Shown piece by piece: positions 10,941 to 22,640 of a stretch of 64,000 nucleotides of DNA; position 1 is the stretch's first letter; each line of letters opens with the position of its first letter. A program made the translations under genes and the position numbers. Below the pieces are notes generated by a model. The model searched no databases, was not told where the DNA came from, and saw nothing but the letters and a program-made list of their open reading frames with translations. This stretch comes from Hydrolagus affinis. Lineage: Eukaryota. Where the stretch lies: NCBI GenBank assembly GCA_012026655.1, contig JAAILG010001249.1, forward strand, positions 1 to 64,000, given 5' to 3'.

Positions 10941-12619
10941 TACTGTAGTATTATTACAAATGGCCGGGTTGCCTGCACGCACGTGCAATCAATGGTGTCC
11001 ACACTCCTACTTCGATATGAGCAAGTTCACACTGTAGGAAAGCACGGGTTTGCAGGGCTGCCTTGTATGTGTAGAGATTTCCATTTGTCCAGTGGTTTTC
11101 GAAGGCATATCAAGCTCACCTCGTTCGTTTCCCAGGGGTGTAAGATACAAATTAGCAGGAGCCAAGGCTTTGGAAACTTAACAACACTCATTAGAGTATC
11201 GCTGGAGTTTAATCAGCTCAAATCACAGATTGCCAATGCGAACGATGACAATGGGAACTGGCAGAGATCCCAGATCATGGTGAGAGGTTCTTCTTAAACT
11301 CCCAGCATTGACTTATTTATTTACTTGTTTGATATTACATTCCCGTCTCCACTCATGCGAACCCCAGGGAATGTATATCAACAGCTAAATATATATCACA
11401 AGCAAACAGGCAGGAAAATTACCACGATAGTACAGCGGCCCGAAATTAGCGTACTAACACAGCACGGCAGTTTGATGACTTGTTCAATGTGATCACGCAA
11501 AAGTGATTATCACATTAGACAAGTTATGAAAATGCTGCAGCTTTCATCCCTGAACAAAACATTGCCAATCACATGCCACATAACAGGAAAGGACCATGCA
11601 GAGTGATGTTAAGAATTAGTCTTACGCGGTGCCTGAGCGTAACACATGATGGTAGAAATTGGATGAGCTGCAAGTCAAATAGCTGATTGAGTTTATAAGA
11701 ACCACGGTGACTGATTTAGAAACTGTGGCTCACGGTTTCCGCAACAAACACGCATTTGCCAGCCAGTCGCAGGTATATCAAGTCTACTCACTTCATAGGA
11801 AAGGAAACCCATTGAGCACTACTCTGGGGTACTTAACAGGGGTCCTGAATAGTCTAGCCTCCTCAGAAGCATCCATTTGCACATCGCAGTAATAATGCCA
11901 CCCATGCTCTATGCACGGAAGAGAAGTGTGATGGATAGGGAGTGGGTGGAGAAAGTTTAGGGCAAAGGGATTCCAGAGACACGCTCAGATAACAGCACAA
12001 GAGTGGGGAAGGTAGCTTTCAAGTCAACGCAGTCACCAGCAATCGCAAGGTCCTTTTCACTGCATTGTACTTAACATCCTAGTTTGCATAGGAGCATTCA
12101 ACTTCCATTGCAACTGCACTACTTGTGGCAATGTTGGGGTAAGGCCAAACATCCTTAGCACTGTCCACCGTCCGCATAACTCAAACAAATTTCGACTTAA
12201 TTCCCATTCGCTTCACACATATCACTTGCTCCGTGCCCAGTGCAAGCCAATGGGGTGGACAAGACGCGAGTCAGAAATAGCTTGCGAATACCTGAATCTC
12301 AGTTGGCGTGTCCTTCCAACGGCAGTTACTGTGTGTGCTGCACAGTGTACAGCGAACCTCTGAATTCACCTGCAGAGAGAAAAGGGGATACAGTACATTA
12401 GTGAGCAGTCCATTAGAAGGAACTGGGACCATCATGTGAAAAGAGGTTCACTGAACAGTACATTCTGTGAAGCACTTTGAAACATCTTGAAGACGTGATG
12501 AGGCACTATATCAAGTGGAAGGATTATTAATATTATTGCTATTATTTTTAAGGTTAAATATTCTCATCCATATAACCTGTGTGAATTTCAGCTGCACCCA
12601 TTCATGTGATACGTTATTT

Positions 12620-12943
12620 TTCGATTCCAGGCAGGGTGAAACCTTGGGCGAGTTTCCTTACTCCGCACACCTGATAATAATCCCTCGAAAAACCCCAATG
12701 ATAAATTGGTCATTTCGATCTACAACTGTTAGTGGCACGCCGCTGTGTGCAATTGGCTGCCGCGTTCTGCCCACAAATGTACAGTCAATTCACTTTACAG
12801 CATATTCTGTGAAGCGCTTTGAGATAATAATCATCCTTGTATTTGATATAGCGCTTTTCGCGTCTTCTGGACTTCTCGAAGCGCTTTCTAGAAGATGTGA
12901 AAAGTGCTATATGAAACGCAAGGATTCTTAGTATTATTATTAT
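12620..12943 (+). mobile_element. SINE with an inverted tail segment inserted at 12825-12886
   Basis: Runs from the B-box remnant ttcgattccaggcagggtgaaaccttggg to the tail; see findings. Confidence 0.85.
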
Positions 12944-13511
12944 TTCCTCTGAGCCTTGGCGAGTGCCAGTAAGGTGGGCAAGATGTTAGTCAAACCTGAA
13001 ACGCGCCGTAGCAAATGCAAGTCATTTAACAAGATTACCAGGTCAATCTTATCGTGAGAAGTTGCGTGGATTCACGGTAAACACTACCCTGTTGCTTCCA
13101 CCATTGCTGTTAATATGTCTCACCCTCCCCCCACGACCAATGAGGCAAAGGATCAACCTGACTGTGTGATTTCTCCAAGGAGTCAGATGGCTCCAAGCGA
13201 AGTCATTACTCTGAGGGCTCAATTTCCTGCTTCTTAAAGCTGCTCCGTAATAATTATTGCAGCCTCTTGCCGATTGGGTGCCATCTCCTCTCACCAAATC
13301 GAAACCTTCACAATTGGACTCGGTGAATTTTGGCAGCAGCCGCAACTTGTTAACCATAAAAAGAAACGGCATCTCGAGAATCAATCCTTCTGACGCAAAG
13401 ACCTTCCAATGTTAATCTCTGAGTCAGGTTCAGACACCAATGGCTCTCGGTGATAGGGACACTGCTTGTCCTCGCGACATTGAAAATGCACTGGTACATA
13501 GACAGAGGTGT

Positions 13512-13730
13512 TTCATAGAGTTCACACAGCACAGAAGGAGGCCATTCGTCCCATCGTGTCTGTGCTGGCTCGTTGAAAAGAGCTGCCACGCTCAATCCCA
13601 CTCTCCCTGCCAAAACTCGTCCTCCCCGATTAATGATCTAATTATGGTTCTGCCAAGCACAGTTAGTTTAAAGGAGTCAAATCTGCCAACTGCTTCCACC
13701 GAAGGCAGTTTCAAGTTGTTCAACGTGGAA
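13512..13730 (-). mobile_element. CR1 LINE 3' end fragment
   Basis: catagagt..cagcacagaaggaggccattcgtcccatcgtgtctgtgctggctc, homologous to the CR1 3' end at 16354-16430. Confidence 0.75.
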
Positions 13731-13971
13731 ACGTGAGCTGCAAAACCAGCCAGGTCATGGATCAAAACAATTCATCGAGTCTTTGCCTTTACCACTTAAA
13801 ACGTACGATCGCTTGCAACCAGGCGTAATTTGGGAATGGTTTGTTTTCCCGTAGGCTTTTCAAGCAAAAACGACAAGGCTTCCGATTGAAGGATGTTCCA
13901 CACTTGCATTGGGATCTTAAACTGTTCAGACAAGTTGATCTTTCAGGAAAATCGGGCCTCTAATTCACCGA

Positions 13972-14002
13972 TGTGTTTGTGTGTGTGTGTATGTGTGTGT
14001 GT

Positions 14003-14040
<38 letters not shown>
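13972..14040 (+). repeat. (TG)n microsatellite, ~70 bp
   Basis: Directly visible, with a few interruptions. Confidence 0.95.
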
Positions 14041-14041
<1 letters not shown>

Positions 14042-14380
14042 GAGTTAAACGACTCGTGCTGAAACAAATGTAGGAGCGTTATTACATCGACCTCCCCGGG
14101 ATATAGAGGCAAAAGTCAGATGAGAGTTCTGATCACTTGCCTTTGCTCAAAAGTACGAGTCTGATAAAGTTGGCTGTCGCGCTTCGCCCACAAAACACCC
14201 AGTCACTCCGCCTGTTCACAGTATACACTGAGAGGCGCTTCGAGGTGTCCTTGTGACCTCAAAGATGCTGCAGGAAAGCTAAGGACCACTATTACAGGAC
14301 CCTTCTCATTGTTGTAGGGAAGCATACAGCCTTGCTGTTTGAGGCAGTTGATGCACATTTGATGTTGATGCTGGCAATTT

Positions 14381-14640
14381 GTGGAGTCCTGTAGCTCAGT
14401 GGTTAGAGCACTCGCCTTATAAGCGAGCAACCTGGGTTCATTTCTAGGCAGGACGAAACCTTGGGCAAGTTTCCTTACTCCATACGCCTAATAATCATCC
14501 CTAAAACAAAACAATAATAAATTGGTCATTTCAATCTGCGACTGTTTGTGGGGCACTGCTGTGCGCATTTGGCTGCCGCGTTTTCGCCCATACGTTGGCC
14601 CATTCGCCCAATCAATTCACTTTACAGCATATTCTGTAAA
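14381..14640 (+). mobile_element. tRNA-derived SINE, 5'-complete and 3'-truncated
   Basis: gtggagtcctgtagctcagtggttagagc (Pol III A box), gggttcatttct (degenerate B box), then the family body. Confidence 0.9.
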
Positions 14641-16353
14641 ATGAATTGACTTGTCAAATGCAATTGACTTATCGACCCGACAACACAGGGAAAGTGGGTT
14701 TGCAAGGCGCTTGAACAAATTACCACAAGAAGGAAGCTTTGTCTCAATTCATTTGATATCCCTCCTCAGTTTTAACCTTCTCTCGTCTTCCCGGTCGACC
14801 CAACAGGGAACAGGAGAAACTTCGAAATGCGTTGCGTATAATCCGGCCACAAAGCAAAACGTTTCTTAGAATGTCACCGAGTTAATCTCCCCCAAGGCAC
14901 CGAGCATCAATTTCTACTCTTGTAACCTGATGTGTGTAATCTTCTTAACTTGCGTGAGTCCTAATAAAAAAAAAACAAGCGAGTTGAAATTAAATTTAGG
15001 TATTACAGTATGAAAAATTGCAAAGCAATTTGTTCCCAATTGACAAAAAACCTTTGCGGGCAATCTCAATTTACAAAGTCGTGCCAAGATCATAGAGTGA
15101 AGATAATAATGTCTGTGTGCAAAAAAACAGGTCTTTTATACACAAGAGATAATAGCCAGGTTTGTTTGTGCCTTCTCCCTATTCAATTCTCATGCCTCTG
15201 ATTAGGCGACTCGCATCGAAATCGCGTCAAAGATTTTACCAGGTGTCGTCTCTGTCTCACCGAGATACAAAACACATTCCAGAGACAGGCACAAGGATTG
15301 CTTCTCAAGTTCAAAGTCACGAATTAGAAAGGGGCGAGCGCACAAAGCATACAAATTGCACAACCGATTTCACGCGACAATTTGATCAGCAAAGTGACAT
15401 TTGCCCAGGTCACCTCACGTGCTTTGTTCAGCCTGTTTGTCTTGCTCTCTCTCTCTTTCTCTCTCTTGCTCTCTCTTGATCTCTCTTGATCTCTCTCTCT
15501 GTGTCTATCTGGAAAGTCCACTTTCCGAAAGCAAAAGCAATCCATTTGCTAATCGATCTGATAAATAGGGTCTTTGGTGGTTGGCCTCTCTCTGCCTGTG
15601 GATGACCTCGGCACATGCATTGACAAACAATGGGCTCCCGTTTATCCTGTCTTCTTTCCCGAGGAGAGAGTGCGCGCGAACGCCAGGTTTTAAACGTGCA
15701 TTTATTTGGTGCTTTTGAATCTTTGACAAACTGAGGGAACCCCTCCAAAAAAAAATCTATATTATAATTCAGGCTGCCAGCGAAACAGTGGGCTTCCAGC
15801 TATACACTGCTGGCGTGACATCTGAATTGGCTTCTCTCCGTCTCTCTGTCTCACTCTCACTCTCATTGATGAGCTCGGTTTTGTGACGCGTGATGCATCG
15901 TGGAAAACTTCATTGTGCATTTGTTAATACCAACTGGTTAGTGAGAGTGATTCCTTCCCCATCTCTGCACCCCCCCACTCCAGTCCACCCTCCCCCCACC
16001 CCCCCCCCACCTCTCCCACTGCTCTATCACAATAGTTGCGTCTGAATTCATCCCGCATGGTGAGTTGGACATTCTGACCTTGAGATCGTCGCATTGGGCT
16101 GCAGTTTAGGAGGTGGCAGAGTTTAGTGGGTGGCAGAGGTGACCGACCCCTCAACAACAACAACAACAACAAATTACATTTATAGAGCGCCTTTCACGTC
16201 GGGAGGACGTCCCAAGGCGCTGTAACACCCCACCACCCTCCCACCCCCCCCCACCCACCGTTATCACATTAAAGTATTAGCCGTGACTGTGAGGTCAAAG
16301 CAGCCGTCATGGCCTGAATCGTCTGGCTCAGAATAATGACAACGACAACAATA

Positions 16354-16919
16354 ATCATAGAATCATAGAATGTTACGGCACAGAAGGAGGCCATTTGGCC
16401 CATCAAGTCTGTGCCGGCTCTTTGACTGAGCAAGTCATTTTCATTAACGCCAATCACCAGCTTTCTCCCCATAACCCTGCAAACCTGTCTTCCCCAGATA
16501 CCTATCTAGTTCTCTCTTAGAAGCTGCTATTGAATCGGACCTCACTACCCTTTCAGGCAGATCATTCTAAATTCAAACAACTCGCTGAGTAAAAAAAATT
16601 CTTCTAACCTCCCTTCTGCTTCTTTTGGTAGATATCTTAAGACTGTGACCACGGGTCATAGACACACCTACCAGCAGAATCAGCTTTTCCCTATCTAGCT
16701 GTCGAAACCTTTCATGATCTTGAAGACCTCTATCAGGTCCCCACGTAACCTTCTCTGCTCTAATGGGAAAAGTCCTAACTTCTCCAGTCTGTCCTCATAG
16801 CTAAGGTTCCCCATTCCTGGTATCACTCTCGTGAATCTCCTCTGCACCCTTTCCAGTGCCTTAATGTCCTTCCTGAAATAAGGTGCCCAGAACTGGACGC
16901 AGTACTCCAGTTGAGGCCT
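16354..16919 (-). mobile_element. CR1 LINE, 5'-truncated (ORF2 C-terminus plus 3'UTR)
   Basis: The minus strand translates [72 protein letters not shown]. It ends in the CR1 octamer repeat (ATTCTATG)2. Confidence 0.95.
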
Positions 16920-16923
16920 AACT

Positions 16924-17075
16924 AGTAATAATACTAGTAATAATAATCCTTGTGTCTTGACACAGAGCTTTATCAGGTTGTCGAGACGTCACAAAGCGCC
17001 TCTCTGGATATACAGTAAAGTGAACTGACCATGTGTTTTGTGGGGCGAGACAGTGGCAGCCAATCGCGCTCAGCA
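16924..17075 (-). mobile_element. SINE 3' half abutting the CR1
   Basis: taataataatccttg..gagacgtcacaaagcgc..gtaaagtgaactgac..gcagccaatcgcgc. Confidence 0.75.
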
Positions 17076-20000
17076 GAGGCGAGACAGCACAAGAGACCGG
17101 CAGAAAAGGAAAGCAGAAGTGTTTCAGCACACACACCAACCATCACTTCTCAAACATGAGTCACAGCCCACAACAAATGGAAATGTGTCATCATGACGTA
17201 AGTCAGAGCGATGCTCGACATGTATACAGACCCCACCACCTCCCCCATGCTTTAATCAGCTTCCAATTTTTCGACGCTCGCTGATCCATTGGGACACAAG
17301 TGGGAAATGCCCTTGCGTTTGTCCCGGCCGCAATTTTCACGTCACATCGGTGGTGAAACCTCGCTCCCTTTGTTTACCGCCCCCCCCACCTCCACCAATT
17401 TTTTGTTTGGAGTTTCGAAATTCTCTTTTTTTTGTTTAACTTGGTCAGCTGGGTGTCTGAGGCATACTGAAACTCAGCGCCTGCCTTGAGGCACTCCAAA
17501 CCACACGGAGAATTGAACTCGTGCTTGGAAATATTATTTGTCCACGCTCACTCTTTCCCCCGGACTCTGCAGTCTGTGGTGGGGGCAGCGGTGGTGGAGT
17601 GTGGTGGGGTGGGGGAGGGAGGGGTGGGGGGCGGCGGAAGGGGTGGAGCATAATTACTGGGGTTTAACCCTTTCTTCACTGATTGGACTTTTAAGGTGTA
17701 CGATCAAGTGTCTGTGTGGGTTGTGGGGGCAAATTACGCGATGCGAATGTGATCGTTAATGAGAAGTATCACATCGCCAGCCGCTAATTTCCTCTCTCTC
17801 TCTCTCTCTCTCTCACCCCCAACTCCCCAGCAAAAAAAAAACACATCTGTCATCAGGTAGCAGTAGTTCATCTCACAAAATACAGTGTCAATCCACTCCA
17901 CAGTACATTCTGTGAAGCGCTTTGAGGTATCTCAACAATGTGATTAGGCGCCATATCAGTTGCAAGGATTATTATTTTTATACACATCTCATCCCACAGC
18001 TTTGAATCGCCCGCGGAGGACATCCAGCTTCCGTGTGGGATTGAATTCTACGTCCAGTTGCACTGCAAACAGTTTTTTTTTTATGGTTGTAAAACACATC
18101 TGTGTGTTACTATTGGCAGTGAAGTCACCAACCTATTCTGGGAAATATGGAAACTTTGCTGGAACCAAGTACAGTACTTTGGTGGTAAGAAGGGAACGAA
18201 CGGTTTCTGCATCGAAACTGCATCAATTTGAGAGCACGATAGGTTGTTGTTTTTTTCCCGAACTTCGCACGCTAAAATAATTATGACTTCAAGGAGTGCA
18301 GAGAAACCGAGGAAGGTTCTGAAGCTTTGCGTGGTGATTTCCTTTGGGTCAGCGTTGCTATTCCTTTGTTGTGCTGCCATTCGGGTACCTGCTCTATGAC
18401 CTCTCGCACATTTGTTTGTTCCTCACCGCCCCCCTCTACAAACACCCCCCTACCCTCGCCCCCTTGGCCCTCACACACTCCTCTTCATCTTCTCCCTCCC
18501 TCTTTCCCTTCCTCTCTCCCTCCCTCCCACACCTCCCTCCCTCCCAGAAAGAAATCATTGTTTCAAACAGCCGACCAAAGGGAACACATTGAGTTATTAG
18601 TCAGCCCAGCCACCCATTGACAGCTAAGTTAACAACCCCTTTGGGCCTGCGTGTGCGATCATGAGCCAGTTCTGCATGCAAAGCCTGACGTTGTATTAAT
18701 TGGCCCTGGTGGTCTCATGGAACACATCTGATTCGTGAAGGTCTACCTTGGGGTGAGTTTGATGGCTGGCGGTGCGCGTGAGACCATCTGTTAACGTTTG
18801 CTGCACGTTTTGATGGCCTTCTCAGTGGCCCCCCCAGCGCAGTGGTGGTTTGTGTGGGAGAATGCTCAGATGGTAGTGAGCAAAGGGGGTCGGATGGGGG
18901 GGAGGGGAGGGGGAGCAGGTGGGGGGTTGGGTTTGTTTGGTGGAAATTCTTCCAATTAAAAATTGAAATGCAAATTCTTAAATTGAAAATTCTGCGAAAT
19001 TCACAGCTAATTGGGGGAATCGGCTTTCCAAAACGTAACCTGTGGAAAAATAGGCTTCCAAAATTGAGACTCTCATAGATTCTGTGCGACGTTCATCAAC
19101 AATAATACTGTACCAATCACCTTTACATCGCATTTGATGCAGCACATATCGGGAGGACGTCTCAAAAGTGTTTAGCAGGATTTTACCAGGAGGTGTAGTG
19201 ACTGTGTATGTTGAGGCCTGCGGATGCTCGTTTGTGTGAAGACAACGTTCTCGCAAACAGCCAATGGCGGCAAGTTGCTTAATTCAGTCTTTAATTTTCT
19301 AAACTCTTCTATTTCCCCTGTAGTTCTGAAGGGAAACTCTCAGAGAAAGCAAAATGGCTTCAAAATTAAGGCTGCGTTTTAAGAATTTACCAAATTCTGG
19401 ACTCTCTCTCCCCCCGCCCCCACCCGCCACCCCTCCCACCCACCACTGTCTCTCTCTCTCTCTCTCTCTCTCTCTGTCACTCTGAGGCGGTTAGGAAGCA
19501 GAGTAACATCTCGATCCAGGTGGGAATTTCAGGTGACTTCGCAAAAGTATCGTGGATTATTGGGTCAAAATGCCATTCGCCAGGACTGGAAAACCTGCAA
19601 TGCAAACATCTTTGTTGTTCTGCGACCGACCATGTGCTCAGGTGAAGCGTTTCACTGGAGACAAATGATCACACCAGCGTGAGTTGGGGCTCCCACAGGA
19701 ACCCACTGCTGCTCACAGCGCTTGGGATTTTCAAGCCAGACCCTGTTTATTATTGAGTAATTCCTTTGTAATCCAAAGAGCGGCGCAAAGCTGGTCCGTG
19801 TGAGGTAACAGAAGAGAACGGTTCTGACATTTTAGAGGCATTTGTGAAACGAGATCCCCACATGAATGCTTTCATTGCGTGCAGCCTTTCGATATTCGCA
19901 TTAATGACTTTATCCAAGGTCAGCTTGTTTAATTACACCACCTACAGCGTGCGCTGTGAAGGGAGTGAGAGAGAAGTATATTTCACAATGCCAAAAATCT

Positions 20001-20284
20001 TTGAACACTCCACAGGATGCGAGATTTAAACAAAGTGAGGTCCTTGGAGTACTGAATTTTCCTGGCAATTGTGCAAAAAGCGCAAAACAATTTTTTTTTC
20101 ATCACTTCGGTATCTACCAGAAATTATATTTAATAAAGGGGGAATGGGATTGCTGTGTGTTATCCAACGGGGAAGGCGAAACTCCTGTCGTTGTGAAGCG
20201 CTGCAGTACAGATGTTAACCATTCCTTGTGGACAGATGAGGCGAGGGAGGGAGAGGTACAGAGAGAGAGAGAGAGAGAGAGAAA

Positions 20285-20722
20285 AAAAAACAACAACAAA
20301 ATTACATTTGTCTAGCGCCTTTCACATCAGGAGGACGTCCGGACGTGATGGACAGTCAGTGTTTCAGACCCGAGCTGGGGTCGGGATCGGGGAGAGAATG
20401 CATAGGATTTGGGGTGACCGATGGGATCCTTGAAGAGGAGGGTCTTGAGGCGGGACTTGAAGGAGGCCGGGAAGGGGGGGCGAGGTGGAGGGCCTGCGGG
20501 ATGGAGTTCCAGAGGTTGGGAGCAGAGTGGGTGAAGAACGATGGTGCGGCGGGTGGGTCGGAGCACATGGAGCAGGCCAGAGCCCACTGAGAGGAGGCAG
20601 TGGACAGGATGGTAGGGGGTTATGAAGTCACAGAGATAGTGTGGGGCAAGGGCATGGAGGGCTTTAAAGGTGAGGATCAGGATCTTGAATTGAATCCTCT
20701 TGGTGATGGGGAGCCAATGGAG
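20285..20722 (-). mobile_element. L2 LINE, 5'-truncated
   Basis: The minus strand translates LHWLPITKRIQFKILILTFKALHALAPHYL...(frameshift) FTHSAPNLWNSIP. It has a 3' stem-loop and a (GTT)n tail. Confidence 0.92.
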
Positions 20723-21939
20723 GCAATTTTAACAACAAAGTACCCATCTTCAGATCACAGCTGAAGCCGTAGCTCTTCAACCATGCTTACGGTTACCTCT
20801 CCCCTTTTCCCACTGTCCAGCTCAGTGCTCAACTAAGCCACCATTAACAACAACAAGCTCCGAGACGCTGGCCCGTTTGAAGGGTGCTATATAAGTGCAA
20901 GTTGTTGTTGCTTTTCTCCTCTGTGTCCTCGTCGCTAATCCTCGCTGATTGCCTGCAACATTTTCATGTTTTCATGTATTCTGAAGTGCTATCCCGCCAA
21001 GCAGAGTGCTAAGCAGTAATTAATTACCCTCCGGGCAAAGAAATACTTCCTGGTGTCTGTCCCGAAATTGCCTCTGGAGACTTCTTCAGCCAGGCTGATT
21101 GCACTGCGATTACTTATTGCTGTCCATGCGCATTTACAACAGCAGCAGAGGAACATTCAGTACAAGCTGGGAGCATGTGGAATGCGGAGTCATGGGCGAG
21201 AGCGAGTTCTGTGCATTGTGCATTTTATGCAGAAAACTGCAGTCCACACAACCACACACACACACTCGCAACCCCATCACACATACCCCTTGCAATCTGC
21301 AACTCCGCGCACACACTCTGGTAGCCCGCAATCACCACACACACACACACACACACACGTAGCCATTACAGTACTGAACTAAAGTGGGGGGAAATCTTCA
21401 AACCTGCGGAAAGACTTGACAGAGTTTTGAACCCAGGTGAAATTCAGTGATGAAACCTTGTCACACTCCATCAACCCAACACCTTTCCATTTAGTCCATT
21501 CCCCACTTTCTCAGAATTGTTTCCTTCTGTCATTGGAGGCTGGGTGGTGGTGGTGGGCGGGGGGGGTGGGGGGGGGGGGAGGCTGAGGTGGTAAATAGCA
21601 TTTGAGATTTTGCAATGAAACAACACTTATGCGACTTAATGCAGGTTAAAAGCATTGTTTGCGCTGCTGAAAGAGCAATTCTGAGCACGCGGTAATTAAT
21701 TGTCAAGGGAAGCAGATAAAAGTGGAATCTTCTCTCTCGCTTTCTGTCACAACGCAACCACCTCCACCCCCGCAGGTTGCAATGACAGAATGCAGTGCTT
21801 TTGTGGAGAGAACGGAGGGTGGCTGGTGGGTGGGGGGGGTTTGTAGTTTGATGGAGAACGCGAGGGAATTGGCAGAGTCTCTCGGTTTACAATGAAGCCT
21901 GTCCGTTCCCCCATCCAAATGCAGCAGAGCAAAGGCCTG

Positions 21940-22039
21940 NNNNNNNNNNNNNNNNNNNNNNNNNNNNNNNNNNNNNNNNNNNNNNNNNNNNNNNNNNNNN
22001 NNNNNNNNNNNNNNNNNNNNNNNNNNNNNNNNNNNNNNN
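21940..22039. other. Assembly gap (100 N)
   Basis: Run of N. Confidence 1.
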
Positions 22040-22357
22040 TGTTTGCGCTGCTGAAAGAGCAATTCTGAGCACGCGGTAATTAATTGTCAAGGGAAGCAGA
22101 TAAAAGTGGAATCTTCTCTCTCGCTTTCTGTCACAACGCAACCACCTCCACCCCCGCAGGTTGCAATGACAGAATGCAGTGCTTTTGTGGAGAGAACGGA
22201 GGGTGGCTGGGGGGGGGGGGGTTTGTAGTTTGACGGAGAACGCGAGGGAATTGGCAGAGTCTCTCGGTTTACAATGAAGCCTGTCCGTTCCCCCATCCAA
22301 ATGCTGCAGAGCAAAGGCCTGAAATTTCACCTAATGGATTCACCATTTTACCAAAGA

Positions 22358-22640
22358 AGAATAATCCTTGAACATGACAAAGCACGTTGGCTTCCTGTTG
22401 AAGCGGTCCTCTCAAACGCTTCGCAGGATTCTCCTGTAAGGTGTAGTGACTGTGTATTTTGTGGTCAAATGCGGCAGACGATTTGCGTGCCCCGCGATGC
22501 CTTGCAAAGAGCCATGAAGTGAGTGAATCACTGTACCGGGGCGGGGGGTGGGTGTCAGCCAGGAAAACTAGTAGAGAGAAACTCCCTCCTTGTGTGCATA
22601 ACACCGCGGGATCTTTAACGTTCGTCTGGAGGGTCAAGTT
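22358..22640 (-). mobile_element. Older Deu-domain SINE
   Basis: SINE tail plus agagaaactccct..gggatctttaacgttc (reverse complement of the Deu core seen at 44641-44770). Confidence 0.65.

Noticed and set aside
12515-12931. Recurrent short ORFs with motifs such as CAIGCRVSPTN..QSIHFTAYSVKRFETS (also 33886, 36921, 50903, 54575)
   Set aside because: Translations of the same non-coding SINE body, not a gene family.
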